This document shows positions 19,401 through 28,500 of a stretch of 35,292 nt of DNA, piece after piece (the stretch's first letter is position 1; every line of letters starts with the position of its first letter). Made by a program: the position numbers and the translations under genes. The stretch comes from a virus (Duplodnaviria > Caudoviricetes), in IMG/VR virus record IMGVR_UViG_3300030330_001066, positions 1 to 35,292 of that record; one strand, written 5' to 3'. The notes below the pieces were generated by a model, which was not told where the DNA came from, searched no databases, and saw nothing but the letters and a program-made list of their open reading frames with translations.

Positions 19401-21071
19401 ATCTATAGCAAATCGTTGTGCTACAAATAAACCTTCTTGAGCTCCTTCGGTAGCACCTTCTACTGCAGAACCTTTTACTAAACCTGTTCCAAAAGATTTA
19501 GCTACATTTTTCATCCAACCTGTAGTTTCGTCTATTTCTTTTTGAGCTGCATTTTTTGCAGCAGCAGTTTTAGCTGCATTCTTTTTAGCTTGAGCTTTTG
19601 CGTTTCTACCAAGAACATTCTTTACCATTGCGCCTACAAATATTTTTTCAGATAAAGTACCAAGTAACGCTTGTGGAATACCCATAGCATTAGCTAAGGC
19701 TGCTTCTCTTTTAGTTAATTTATACCCTGCATCTGAATACTCTCCTAAAGATTGAGCTGTTCCCGATACATATTCTTGAGACGCTGCTCCTGCCCAAAAC
19801 CCATAAGAAAAAGGTCGAGTTTGCAAATACCCTGCTACTTCTCCATATCCTTTTGCTCCAGACTCAGCTAATGCTTTTCTTGGAATACGTCCTTTACCTC
19901 TAGTTTTAACCTTACCTGCCATTTTGTAAGCAGAATCTAAAATAGCAGCTTCATTAGCACTAAGAGGTGGGCCACCTTTTTTAGCAGCTAAACTTTTGTT
20001 AACGATACGTTCCATCATTTCTTTTGTAACTTTTTTAGAACTAGCACTTAACACACCTTTACCTAAAGCTTGCACTCCCAACCCTGTAAACCCTGAAGCC
20101 ATAGTAGCTCCCATATAAGGTAAGAACTGTCCAAACGCTTTAATTGTTTGTTCTACAAGACCATCAAAAGTAGGAGCTTCTAAAAATTGCTCGAACGTGC
20201 CAAACCCTCGTAATAAGTCAGCGGTATGTCGTTCATGTACTTCTGCTAAATTTAAAGCTAGTTCTGCTTCTTCTGGGTCGTTAGTTAATAAATTAAATGC
20301 TCCTTTGAAACGTTGTATGTCAGTTTTTACAGTAGAAACGCCTGCTTTAAACGCATCTCCAAACTTACCGCTAGTAGTAGCTGCTACACGTTGTACAGTT
20401 GGATCTAATGCAGGAGCAACTTGAGTTGCAAAAAGCGCATCAGTAATTCGTCTTTCGACAGCTCCACGCGGTCCTGTATACCCAAAAGAAGCAGGTAAAC
20501 TAGAAGGAAGATCTGACATTTCTCTTCGTACAGGAAATAACTCTGCTACAGGTGTAGACCTAGTTGAAGGTGTAGGGTCTGTAGGAGTTGGATCTGTTGA
20601 AACAGGCGTCTGCGTGTCCGTCATACTAGCTAGAACATCAGAAAACTTTTTAGCCCTATCGGGTGTTTGTTTTTTAGCCCAGTCTGAGTCTAAAACTTCT
20701 ACTGCTGCACCTGAATAATCTCCCGATTTCATAAGATTCCACGTTTTATCAAACGCTTTAGGGTTTACATCAATGTTATTCCAACTTTCCCCTAATTGAT
20801 AATTTACCGAGGTAAGACGTCCAAGATCAACGGGTTTAGAAAGCTCATTGTTTTGATTTACAGCTGCGTTATAACTTTTTTGTACATCTTCTTCAAACCA
20901 ACTATCTATTTGATCTTGCGGTACTTTAGACCCTGGAGGGTATTTTTTTAGTTCTTCTTCACTTAATAAGTGCCCATAGCCTGCAGAAAACCCTGTAGCG
21001 TCTGGGTAAACATCGTCACGAAAACCTTCTTCTGACTTTATAAGGTCCTTAATACTTTGAGGTACAGCCAC
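13461..21071 (-). CDS. Giant internal virion / ejection protein with N-terminal lysozyme domain and HExxH motif
   Basis: 2536 aa, GTG start; IKSEEGFRDDVYPDATGFSAGYGH...LDSDWAKKQTPDRA; LGHEVGH...FEEW; located after smaller ejection genes. Confidence 0.85.
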   Translation of the reverse strand: MAVPQSIKDLIKSEEGFRDDVYPDATGFSAGYGHLLSEEELKKYPPGSKVPQDQIDSWFEEDVQKSYNAAVNQNNELSKPVDLGRLTSVNYQLGESWNNIDVNPKAFDKTWNLMKSGDYSGAAVEVLDSDWAKKQTPDRAKKFSDVLASMTDTQTPVSTDPTPTDPTPSTRSTPVAELFPVRREMSDLPSSLPASFGYTGPRGAVERRITDALFATQVAPALDPTVQRVAATTSGKFGDAFKAGVSTVKTDIQRFKGAFNLLTNDPEEAELALNLAEVHERHTADLLRGFGTFEQFLEAPTFDGLVEQTIKAFGQFLPYMGATMASGFTGLGVQALGKGVLSASSKKVTKEMMERIVNKSLAAKKGGPPLSANEAAILDSAYKMAGKVKTRGKGRIPRKALAESGAKGYGEVAGYLQTRPFSYGFWAGAASQEYVSGTAQSLGEYSDAGYKLTKREAALANAMGIPQALLGTLSEKIFVGAMVKNVLGRNAKAQAKKNAAKTAAAKNAAQKEIDETTGWMKNVAKSFGTGLVKGSAVEGATEGAQEGLFVAQRFAIDDEYTAREANLRIAEGIFGGVVAGGAMRAPAEVASRVIGKAKNFIEDAPSVAEVYSKAKARKEDGTTDIEPFAWAVKQVRALVNPEKGRKSVFLPAGNLTLEEQRARATDIIIAAGADSNIIPLEVDEGRQGIVLVDDRNTKYNAYVDQRLKEDGLTEESIKDILGYTQGQNTNDQNVIVVRDEDKDVLDYQSTSDENIEQTTFNFEEKYPGDTVELNSKELFTEEKVEANLNPKPVKEKTDTDEPVRRGMTDTPFNDILAQQLSILKQTEENVDVNLGEEGEIDALDAKPGSEFVLEEARGEFKLDTKGQRKTYKQYDPDNPIKRNKNESDVQFKRRTEDAIESRAKDAEEVINYLVKEQESTDSNKTQLVEDVTKLVSKLPAGFLKDFVALKRNPQYLGDTDQAFFYAPVRNMDSDPNNPTYSLRIISPDIMGGMDTGGRIEVAINRADRAARQTKAKTPGWKLSRVKDINSSYENPTEVSAITKAKRGGGTRQVGQDGLYLQPLVQLGMDINKAESESTFGTFTREEQIAGGFSTIVSELAAQGYILSYNGKPLSKVYALRKDGKTTVFEAAFDKDIDEAAIYDMGQGKMFSLGMLGTKSKKAVAKDQRLTLSVQQKLQQIEYLQKRLDRFNEAKALNAKQQLEAKQNRVSFRERKKSDPQNEQEFVANKYGVNVSQVVPRRQGGRIVGYIAPTVTKVRVRLTERPIMTPEGVTYEIATDDTGKRIELREGGRPQPAPPTVEVETEKIGDTSLNKFKFRDAQVPEPQFKDEKGNPYGEIIVTKKLLDDSDKRVERARKRILQRRKIKRDDVFGPTPSALRSRPLEQSTSLRELGYKVGDKINVHDRIRELKEDLYDLYGDDFGNLFEPGQQPVRAAYQVDEKGTIDSAAYLDAIETQGESKVDSAAELPAERGLQFDTKAKDIELGTPTNPRKDYEVDQLKYEKEKLAKKDEVRITGKGFDRRLQQQLKTFLKKVFKYKKSLTIMSHVEAEMFIRKARSGAETSLDLTVLDDMQQQVNAIKEFNGKDQIGKKNQKGAYLGYKDKDIIIVYMPDKPTKVQQLQALFSLGHEVGHAIYQQEKRNFLNKPGIRDRLYAEYEKAKAKPNAPSAYQDPKLGFEEWYSDQTSRWLLDTLSRETLIDGFAYSDGRKDKSGRFIPIFKPLDKFGTVEVDRSDAAKAKSIRASESLFKGKKPIKVQNIVDSYFKRTVAKIRDAWKELNKIFRSRFAVSVPFNEYMNQVREYYVDNDPNEATLSEQVIAREMSDRVIKNIEERAPNIKKRAAGFKAKVIEFLEQNRDLLPSDRKHWGVKYFLYPAHNFVSQYSPELANAMYSPSQSKVNTGYLNARILLIHKRMNDMLALLPKHKKGKFGRYSAGDPDFEASERFFLEAEDDTKPTSELSPVAKSIRVYLQEFHKNNIEGVDPSIKALPRFFPRILAMHELQNSPELRKRLALLLAEKNPTVKADWDKIVEAVTNKHEHNIDDVIDADIESDKDVTSAITIGMAKSRAKYFKKISNTELRNIGVLEDAGTSLRKYIEDMTKRLEYLNKVQTVVTNADLELLNERRVSNDISETMYRTLAKEGETLRGWKASELMLQRIEDRSDREVTRSALQAMLGKTGLNMSPLMRNINSALLTLNVVTYLTFATLASLPDLAGPVLRSKDLDGFKEALKQVRNYFDNKQDANDFAREVGTVTFDSINTMYINATQLGFLVPKAQKITDMFFRVTMLENFTRFSRVYATGMGKAFLTNTANKLSDPNLSAAERKRYSRYLEELQVSVEDINAAKQKGSTQFVFEGESGERVRAALGRFVDESIVRPNSAERPAWASNPYTALIWQLKSFFYAYGKNIIGGALRETKNRYAEDGTISGASLPLVMGALTILPLTMIGLETREWAKYFARGGDRSAFRTDSMSWGEYMFEILDRAGPLGPFGIAIPMYEASDYGGSWWVPFFGPTVGRVEDIARGKAEVSDFTPAAIL

Positions 21072-21073
21072 AC

Positions 21074-23689
21074 TTATGTACCTTCTTGCATTCGTTGGGT
21101 ATCTAATATTAGTCCAATTAACCCTTTATTTCCTACTTCATCTACTAAATCGCGAGCATCTAAAGTTGCTCCATTAGGCATTTGAATTAACAAAGGTTTC
21201 CCTGAATTTACTATTGCTTCTGCTTCTTTAAAAGCTTCTGGACCATAGAAAGATCTACCCTCAACTGTAGTTTTGGTCAAGGTTATAGGTTGGTTTCTAT
21301 CTAACACAAACTTTGGAGTTGGACCCCCTTCTCCAACTCTAGCAGGTTGCGAAGGTTGAAAAAACCATTCTCTTAGTGCATTTGCAGTTTTATCTATAAA
21401 CCCTTCATCTGGGGTGTCGTCTGCATCGAAGAATAATGAGTAAACAAACCCTGGTCTTTCAAGTTGATCTATAAGTTTTAATTTAGTTACATAGTTTTCA
21501 TCTTGTTGAAACGCAATGAAATCTGTTATTGCTTTTGGACCAAACGTAGAAATATCTTGTCCATTTTCTACTGCAGATATAATAGGACTTAGTCTTTTTT
21601 CTTCGAGTCCTAATAAGTTTCTAATTCTAAGATTTAACTGAGAATTAGCACTTGAATCTGCTAAAAGTTCAGGTGTTATATCCTTTATAAGATCATTCAT
21701 ATTTGACCTGTGTGCTCTACCATCTACACTATACTGCAGAGCATTATCTTGGAAGTCTTTGTTTACATTCCTGTTAAACTCTGCAATACGTTGATTTAAG
21801 TTACCACGAGAAATTTTATTAGATTCGTCTCTAATTCTATTACCTTCTTGTTTTATTGCTAATTCTTCTGCAGCTAAATCCCATTGCCCTGTTTCATAGA
21901 AAAGAGCATTAGATTTACCTTCTAGAAATGCAGCTAACGTTTTAGCTCCAACACTTTCAGGGTTATCAAAGTCTCCTAAATTACTTAGGTAAGACATATA
22001 TAAAAGTTGTCTTTGTTTTTTAGCATAAGACGCCATGTTACCTTGTCTTTGTTGATTATCTTCTACTAGTTTGTTGTAGTCTGCATCTGTTAAAACTTCA
22101 GGTATTTTTTTCAACATGCTTTTTAGCGTTTCTACGTCCCCATCTTCAATAGCTTGATCTATTTTGGACAGTTTAATCTCAGGGTCTTTAGCTACTTTAG
22201 AAATTATTTTATCTACTTCTTTGTCACGTGGACCTCCCTGTAAATCTTCAACCTTGTTATTTAAAGCAAAGGTATAAGGATCGGCTCTAAACTCAGCTCG
22301 TTTTTCAGGCTTAGCTAGCAATAAACTATCTAAAGCCTCTATATCCATTTTTTTATAAAACGCTTTAACCAAAGCAGTATCTTTATCTGACTTATCAACA
22401 AACGGTGTAGAAGATTTATAAGATTCAGTAAGTTTATTTTTTACTGTGGACAAAGCACGTTCTACTAAACTATTTTCTAGGTTTGTAAGTTCTTTTTGTT
22501 GAGATTCATCTAAGCCTTCCCATTGTATATCAGTAGTATCGAATGGGTGTTTTTGCCCTGGAGTTTTTACATATGAACTTGGAGGTCTAAAACGTCCACT
22601 GCCCATTAGCGGCCCTCTAAGACCAACTGAGGCTCCTCCAGAAAGTAGTTTTCGTGCTTCTGTTATTAATTCTGCTCCATACAGTAATTCTTTACCTTCT
22701 GTATTTTCACCAAGACCCTGATAAGGTCCGATAGAAGTAGCTAAAGTTGTTTCAGGCGTTTCAGACGTTTCAGCAGGTGCTCCAAAGGGTCTACCTGCTG
22801 CTTCTTCTTCGGCTTTAAATTCTTCTACTGCTGCTCTCTGTCTTGCACTTTCTTCAGCTTGTGATATAGCTTCCTCTATAGGAGCATTTGCGTCTATTGC
22901 AGCCTGTCTATTAGTTTCAGCTTCAGCTATAAGTTGAGTTTTTAAAGCTCTATCTGCGTTAGGATCAAATATATCATCTACACTGTCGCCTAAGTAAGGG
23001 TTAGTTACAAACGCTAAATTTTTATCTACTCCTGCTTCTTGTTTAACTCTAAAATTAAATCCTTTTTCTAAGTTATCTAAAGTACCAAGTGAAATACCTC
23101 GTGTTTCTAACTGATCAAAAGCACCTGTATCTAAATCCCTAACGTTAGAACCATCGTCTGTCATTCCAGTAGTACGAATTTCTCCTGTTTCAGGATCTAC
23201 GGTATTTACATCAGGTCGTATAAGTATTTCGCCTGTTTCAGGATCTTTATACAAAGTGCTGGTAGGTGAAAAGTACTTTCCGTTTCCCAAAAGACCGCGA
23301 GAAAAATCTGTATTGTTTTGAAAACTAGCAAGTCCTTCTATCCCACGTACTTTAAGAATGTCGGAAGCTGTAATAGTTTCATCTAAAGGGTTATTCTTTC
23401 GAGTTCTTTCATATTCTCTATAATAGTTTTCAAAATTATCTTTAGCTTTTTTTGCATCTCCATCAGCTTCAAAAAGAAAATACGAAGGTACTTCTCCCCT
23501 TTCAAATTTATCCTGAAGCTCTACTCTGTATTTTTTCTTCTCCAAAGTTAATTCGTTATTTATTTTTTGCGCTCTGTTTATATCTTGTTCTTGTGCAAAC
23601 TCAAGTTCTTTTACTGTATCTCTTTGACGAGGAGCAGAAGCAACTATAGCTTTTTGTATGTTTGACCCTAAAGTATCTAAAAATCCCAT
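21074..23689 (-). CDS. Putative internal virion (ejection) protein, 871 aa
   Basis: Long helical ORF in the ejectosome position; no recognisable motif. Confidence 0.65.
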   Translation of the reverse strand: MGFLDTLGSNIQKAIVASAPRQRDTVKELEFAQEQDINRAQKINNELTLEKKKYRVELQDKFERGEVPSYFLFEADGDAKKAKDNFENYYREYERTRKNNPLDETITASDILKVRGIEGLASFQNNTDFSRGLLGNGKYFSPTSTLYKDPETGEILIRPDVNTVDPETGEIRTTGMTDDGSNVRDLDTGAFDQLETRGISLGTLDNLEKGFNFRVKQEAGVDKNLAFVTNPYLGDSVDDIFDPNADRALKTQLIAEAETNRQAAIDANAPIEEAISQAEESARQRAAVEEFKAEEEAAGRPFGAPAETSETPETTLATSIGPYQGLGENTEGKELLYGAELITEARKLLSGGASVGLRGPLMGSGRFRPPSSYVKTPGQKHPFDTTDIQWEGLDESQQKELTNLENSLVERALSTVKNKLTESYKSSTPFVDKSDKDTALVKAFYKKMDIEALDSLLLAKPEKRAEFRADPYTFALNNKVEDLQGGPRDKEVDKIISKVAKDPEIKLSKIDQAIEDGDVETLKSMLKKIPEVLTDADYNKLVEDNQQRQGNMASYAKKQRQLLYMSYLSNLGDFDNPESVGAKTLAAFLEGKSNALFYETGQWDLAAEELAIKQEGNRIRDESNKISRGNLNQRIAEFNRNVNKDFQDNALQYSVDGRAHRSNMNDLIKDITPELLADSSANSQLNLRIRNLLGLEEKRLSPIISAVENGQDISTFGPKAITDFIAFQQDENYVTKLKLIDQLERPGFVYSLFFDADDTPDEGFIDKTANALREWFFQPSQPARVGEGGPTPKFVLDRNQPITLTKTTVEGRSFYGPEAFKEAEAIVNSGKPLLIQMPNGATLDARDLVDEVGNKGLIGLILDTQRMQEGT

Positions 23690-23698
23690 ATCTTACAC

Positions 23699-24412
23699 CT
23701 ATATAAATGAAGCTAACGCACTGCCTAGTTTACCAAGAAAATTTGCAGATTGTTGTTTATAAGCAGCTCTGTCATTTTGATAACCTTGTTGTCTAGCTGC
23801 TGCGTTTTGTGCAGCTGACCCTAAACCCCTCATAGAACTACGGTTAACACCTTGCCCAATATTAATTAAATTACCTAACATAAACCTGTTTGCATCACGT
23901 TGAGCTAAACGAGCATTGTTCAAACCCCCTGCAAGGTTTAGAGTACCTCCTAGTTGTAACATTTTTTCTGCTTCTCGGCGTTCAGCGGCAGTTTGCTGGT
24001 ATCCAAAACGTTCTCTGTTTCGTTCTGCAATGCCTCTAGCTAACTCGGTTTGTTGAGGAATATCTTCCATAGCAGCATCTACTAATTCGGTGCTATCTCT
24101 AGAAGACACTAAAGCATCTTCAAAATCTCTGAAATTACGTATATAACGCTCATGCGCTCCTTCTGCAACCGAAGCGAATGTAGCATCAGGATCAGTAACT
24201 ATAGGAAGCTCATCTGCACTGTAGTTACTGTAAGTATTAGGAAATTGTAAAGTGCCTATACTTGTGCCTCCAGGTGCAGGGTTCTCCATTTCTTGCTGTC
24301 GAATAGCTTCTCTACGTTCCTGTTTTTTAAGACGTCTAGCTAGTCTGTCTGCTCCTGGACCTCTTTGAGGAATCCCAGTACTCCTCATTTCTCTGTCTTC
24401 TCTATATGCCAT
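23699..24412 (-). CDS. Putative small ejection protein
   Basis: Ala/Gln/Gly-rich helical protein with hydrophobic C-terminus; positional inference. Confidence 0.6.
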   Translation of the reverse strand: MAYREDREMRSTGIPQRGPGADRLARRLKKQERREAIRQQEMENPAPGGTSIGTLQFPNTYSNYSADELPIVTDPDATFASVAEGAHERYIRNFRDFEDALVSSRDSTELVDAAMEDIPQQTELARGIAERNRERFGYQQTAAERREAEKMLQLGGTLNLAGGLNNARLAQRDANRFMLGNLINIGQGVNRSSMRGLGSAAQNAAARQQGYQNDRAAYKQQSANFLGKLGSALASFI

Positions 24413-25107
24413 TAGTTTTTACTCAAATATCTACGACTAGGGTCAAATACAAAATCAGAGTCGTCTCCCAAAAGGTTAGGCGGTTTATTTTTATAATTAC
24501 CAAACAAATTAAACTGTTGTTTATACTGCCTTCCTGAAGCATCTGACATTATATTAGGACTTTCCGAAGTAAAGAATTCTCCTGTAGTTTGCATATTACT
24601 TAAACCTTTTGAAGCTGCAGCTAACCCAGTTTGCATAAGAGCCCCGCGTCTTGCTCTACGTACAGCTTGTTCGTTTCGTACTCTATTCAAATCTGTAGAA
24701 GCTGCAATTCTAGCACTTTGAGCTAAAGCATCGCCTGTACCTGCTTCTTGCCCTCTAGCTATACCAAGTACGTTTAATTGATCCTCCATTTTAGCGCCTT
24801 TAGCAGCTGTGTTAGCAGCAAGTATTTGTCCAGTAGCGGCAAGTGCTCTTTCTGCACCATCGCCTATGTTTTGTACTGACCCTAAATCTAAATCTGCAGT
24901 TAAAGCTTGTTGCGTATCTGCAGCGGCTCTACCACGTAATGTACTAGCTACATCTTCTGACGCAGCTTTATCTCGCATTTCTACTAGCAACGGATCATAC
25001 GTTTTTTTGAAGTAATCAGCGTCTGCTTTAGCTATAGCCGCAGCTGTTTTTTCTGTTTGCGTAGGAGCGTAGTCTTTTTCTTTTGGAGCTCTAGTTTTGC
25101 TTCCCAT
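24412..25107 (-). CDS. Putative small ejection protein
   Basis: MGSK..AP N-terminus and Ala-rich helices typical of podophage internal proteins. Confidence 0.6.
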   Translation of the reverse strand: MGSKTRAPKEKDYAPTQTEKTAAAIAKADADYFKKTYDPLLVEMRDKAASEDVASTLRGRAAADTQQALTADLDLGSVQNIGDGAERALAATGQILAANTAAKGAKMEDQLNVLGIARGQEAGTGDALAQSARIAASTDLNRVRNEQAVRRARRGALMQTGLAAASKGLSNMQTTGEFFTSESPNIMSDASGRQYKQQFNLFGNYKNKPPNLLGDDSDFVFDPSRRYLSKN

Positions 25108-25549
25108 GTAATGTTACCTTTCTTCTGTATACTCTAAATTCTTCTGTCCAACCTGTACTGCTTAAAAACTTACCTAGTTCTGGTACTGCCGACTGTGCTT
25201 CAATACTGCCACATCCGCAATACTCAGCAATACCTTCAAACCATCTTATATGATTCAACCAATTATTTTTACCTCTTTTATGCGTGTACGCAATCCATAC
25301 AACTAAAACCTTTTCTTCAGAAAAAGGATCTTCCTGTACAGAAAGCACTACAAACCCTAAAGGTGATACAAAAAGCATAGACTTACCCGCTACACATTCA
25401 GAGTACACGTCTTCAGGTTTATAAGTTAAGTGAGGGTTTTGTTCTAAAATAAATTCAATACCTTCACGTACCATTTCCCAGCAAGTACGAATGTCAGTGT
25501 ACTCTGGGATATCAAAATCTTTATGTATATTTACAACATTAGCAGTCAT
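25091..25549 (-). CDS. Hypothetical protein, possibly GNAT-like fold
   Basis: GFVVL..., LVVWIAY, IAEYCGCGSIE...GW pattern; such genes often sit between adaptors and ejection genes. Confidence 0.55.
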   Translation of the reverse strand: MTANVVNIHKDFDIPEYTDIRTCWEMVREGIEFILEQNPHLTYKPEDVYSECVAGKSMLFVSPLGFVVLSVQEDPFSEEKVLVVWIAYTHKRGKNNWLNHIRWFEGIAEYCGCGSIEAQSAVPELGKFLSSTGWTEEFRVYRRKVTLHGKQN

Positions 25550-26232
25550 TAGTAATCAAGCTCCATTCCATATTTTTTATAACGCTTACGTTTAGTAAGT
25601 CCCACTCCTCGGTATTTAACAAGCCTACGCACACCTAAGTCACCGCTACGTGCTCGTAGTTCTGCTTCTGCTACCTGTTGTCTAAACAGTCCTAAGTAAT
25701 CTGCAGAAGCAAAAATATCTGTCCATGCTCTAGAAGGTATACGTAACAACCTGTACAACGTGCCGTACAAAAGGCCGTCTCTGTAGTCGTTAGAAAACGA
25801 AGTATCTATATTTGAGGCAGTTCTTGTAGGTTTAAGAGCTACAGAAAGTTGTATTACGCTTGCTTGAGTAGCATTTGGTACTGGTATTAACCAAAACTTA
25901 TTAGAATCTTTTTGTAAATATACTTTTGGTATACTAGACCTATCTCTCCAATCAGGGTAATTTAATTCTAGACTCCTAGGACTTATAGGGTCTAAATCTT
26001 CTCCATCATAAATAGCCCAAAGTATGCTGTGTACAGAAGTACCTACTGGCTGGTCGAACTCGTACTCATGTATTCCCGACACACTAGAAATAGGCTCTAA
26101 GTCATGTACAAAAGCTTTGCTTTTTTCGCAGAACTCTATAGTAGCTGAACGTAAATTAGACTTTACTAGTGTTTCAGGACATCCTGGTACGTAAGGTAAA
26201 ATCTCTTTTACTAATGAATCAAATGTAGCCAT
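25549..26232 (-). CDS. Head-tail adaptor-like protein
   Basis: ILPYVPGCP, LRSATIEFC, VALKPTR, YGTLYRLLRIP..W; position after capsid. Confidence 0.65.
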   Translation of the reverse strand: MATFDSLVKEILPYVPGCPETLVKSNLRSATIEFCEKSKAFVHDLEPISSVSGIHEYEFDQPVGTSVHSILWAIYDGEDLDPISPRSLELNYPDWRDRSSIPKVYLQKDSNKFWLIPVPNATQASVIQLSVALKPTRTASNIDTSFSNDYRDGLLYGTLYRLLRIPSRAWTDIFASADYLGLFRQQVAEAELRARSGDLGVRRLVKYRGVGLTKRKRYKKYGMELDY

Positions 26233-26235
26233 ATT

Positions 26236-26964
26236 CTACCCCGTTGGTGGTGCTGAGTTTTGTGGAGAAGCAAGTGCATTACTACGAGCATCTTGATTAG
26301 GACTTAACCCAAATTGTACCTGTGAACCTCCCGATATACTGGAGATAAACAATTGATAATGTAATTGTGCCATAGCCATATTGCCTGCAAACTCCGCATC
26401 TTTTAAATAACATTTGTACAGTACAAAATCTACTATAGCATTTCCGTATATGTCGTCTATGTATATAGTAGAGCTCGTGCTAGACAGGTCAGTTGGGTTT
26501 GCAGAAGTTATAATCTCTACAAACGTGCTTGTACTAGAAGCTCCTGGGTACACATAAAATCTACGCGGATCATCTTCATCAAACATGTAATGTTTTATGG
26601 TAGTGCTATGTGCTGCATCTCCTGTTACGTCAGGATCATGCCAATCAGGATCTTGAGAGTTAATAATATCCATATCCACTAATGTAATAGATCGTTTACC
26701 TGTTGCACTACCTCCTGCTGCAGACATGTTTCGTACAACTTTAATTAAACGTAATGCGGAACTAGGAATAGTTTGTTCTGTCCCAACAGCTAACGCTATA
26801 TTAGAATGGTCTGCGGCTGATTCTGGACGTAAGTTAACAATTTCCCTTTGAGCATCATTTATATAACGTAGTAATTCTGTTTCAGGAAAACGAACATTAG
26901 TAGAGTCTTGTAAAGAGTCTTCTATACGTAGTATTAAGTTTGCACCTGTTAATGTACCTGCCAT
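26236..26964 (-). CDS. Head-tail adaptor-like protein
   Basis: LQD...RF...ELLRYINDAQREI, FYVYP and AIVDFVLYKCYLKD adaptor pattern. Confidence 0.7.
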   Translation of the reverse strand: MAGTLTGANLILRIEDSLQDSTNVRFPETELLRYINDAQREIVNLRPESAADHSNIALAVGTEQTIPSSALRLIKVVRNMSAAGGSATGKRSITLVDMDIINSQDPDWHDPDVTGDAAHSTTIKHYMFDEDDPRRFYVYPGASSTSTFVEIITSANPTDLSSTSSTIYIDDIYGNAIVDFVLYKCYLKDAEFAGNMAMAQLHYQLFISSISGGSQVQFGLSPNQDARSNALASPQNSAPPTG

Positions 26965-26973
26965 ATATTACCT

Positions 26974-27240
26974 TTATTCTTCTACGTAAGCCTCATTTAC
27001 ATCAGGCGTACTAGGATCATCAGCTTTGTAGTGACCATCTTTAGTTCTGGCTCTTTTCTTTTTAGTTACTTTCTTTTTAGCCGCTGGCTTCTTTGTTTCT
27101 TCTTTAACTTCTACTGCGCCTTGTTGTAACGCTTGAAGTCCAAGATCATCGCCTACTTCTCTAACTTCGCCTTTAGCGATATGTATAGAAGCTCCCCAAG
27201 TTGTAGTCACATGTAAATCTTTATTTGCTGTTATTTTCAT
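26974..27240 (-). CDS. Small hypothetical protein with basic linker and KADDPSTPDVNEAY tail
   Basis: Strong AAGGAGG RBS; immediately after the capsid gene. Confidence 0.75.
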   Translation of the reverse strand: MKITANKDLHVTTTWGASIHIAKGEVREVGDDLGLQALQQGAVEVKEETKKPAAKKKVTKKKRARTKDGHYKADDPSTPDVNEAYVEE

Positions 27241-27265
27241 TTTTCCCTCCTTGGGAAAATTAAGT

Positions 27266-27308
27266 TAAAAGATGGTGGCCATCCTTAACAAAGTTAAGTA
27301 GGCCACCT
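27266..27308 (-). terminator. Intrinsic terminator after major capsid gene
   Basis: GGTGGCC...CTTAAC-TTT-GTTAAG...GGCCACC stem followed by ATCTTTT. Confidence 0.7.
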
Positions 27309-27318
27309 GTGCTGCTAA

Positions 27319-28464
27319 TTAAAATGCAACGTCTAAACGAATAACACCAAAGTCTTCAGACTGACCTGTTATGTCAGAGTGATACTTAGGCTTCTTCATT
27401 CCAAAGATCTTACCAATTGAAATACCGTTTTGGTTTCCGTAGTCGAATACATCTTCAACTATTTCTGGAAGACCGATATCTGCCATAGCAAGAGCTTGAG
27501 CTCCAACAAATAGACATGCAGAACCGTTGACGTCAGCGTCAGCGCCCCACTTGTAACCGTTAGAACCTGCGTTAGCTGATGTTCCTGTAAGAGCTCCACT
27601 TGTGTTAAACACGTGTCTGAACTCATGGATCATCACACCATCAACCATTAGACTTGAAGAACCTGAGAATAGTTCGTTGTTAGGTCCTCTAATACCAGCA
27701 CTTCTAACGTTAGCTAGGAAGTCTGAGTCTAGTTTAAGGTCAGCCATTACTTGTGGAGTAACGAATAAGTGATACACTTCATCGTTACCAGCTCCACGCA
27801 ACCCACGGATGTATTGATCTTTAGCAAAAGCTTTAAGAGCAAGAATACACTCATAAGTTATCGTGTCAGCTGCTGCAGTAGCAGTAACATCTCCAGCTAC
27901 AAGTTTACTAGTAGCGTCCCAACGTCTGTGACGGTTGGTAGTAGGAGCAGTAACGTCACTTGCGAAAGCAAGATCCCCAAGATTTTGTCCTGTGTTTAGG
28001 ACACCTCTCAACGCACCGTTGTTTTTAAGCGTGTATGAAATACCTGACAACGTTAAAAACGCAAGTTGGTCGATACGATCTGCCATTGCGTATGCAAGTG
28101 CATCTCGTGAGTGCTCACGGAAGTTAACAACTGATTTTTGATCCGCAAGACGTCCTGCAAGACGGTTTGCAAACCTTAGTTGATCAAGTTGTGTAACTAT
28201 GTCGAATGCTCTTAATGCTTCTTCATTACCTTCTAGAGAGTTGTCACCAACGATACCATCGCCTGTCATATCAGCAAGAAGAGTAAGTACTGCTCTTGCG
28301 CCTTTTTCAGACTGGGTAAGTTCAGATATTCTTTGAACCATAGCGTTAGAGCCACTTCCAGCGAATTGGTTAATGAAGGACATATTTCGAGCTACGCGCC
28401 AAAAATCACGTGACCAGATAGTAAGCTGTTCGCTAGTCAGTGATGCAAAGTTAGTATTTGCCAT
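27319..28464 (-). CDS. Major capsid protein (N4-gp56-like family)
   Basis: VQRISELTQSEKGARAVLTLLADMTGDGIVGDNSLEGNEEAL, DYGNQNGISIGKIFG.KKP, EDFGVI; GAGG RBS; follows scaffold. Confidence 0.92.
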   Translation of the reverse strand: MANTNFASLTSEQLTIWSRDFWRVARNMSFINQFAGSGSNAMVQRISELTQSEKGARAVLTLLADMTGDGIVGDNSLEGNEEALRAFDIVTQLDQLRFANRLAGRLADQKSVVNFREHSRDALAYAMADRIDQLAFLTLSGISYTLKNNGALRGVLNTGQNLGDLAFASDVTAPTTNRHRRWDATSKLVAGDVTATAAADTITYECILALKAFAKDQYIRGLRGAGNDEVYHLFVTPQVMADLKLDSDFLANVRSAGIRGPNNELFSGSSSLMVDGVMIHEFRHVFNTSGALTGTSANAGSNGYKWGADADVNGSACLFVGAQALAMADIGLPEIVEDVFDYGNQNGISIGKIFGMKKPKYHSDITGQSEDFGVIRLDVAF

Positions 28465-28500
28465 TTCTATATCCTCATAAGAGATTAAAATTAAAAAAAC

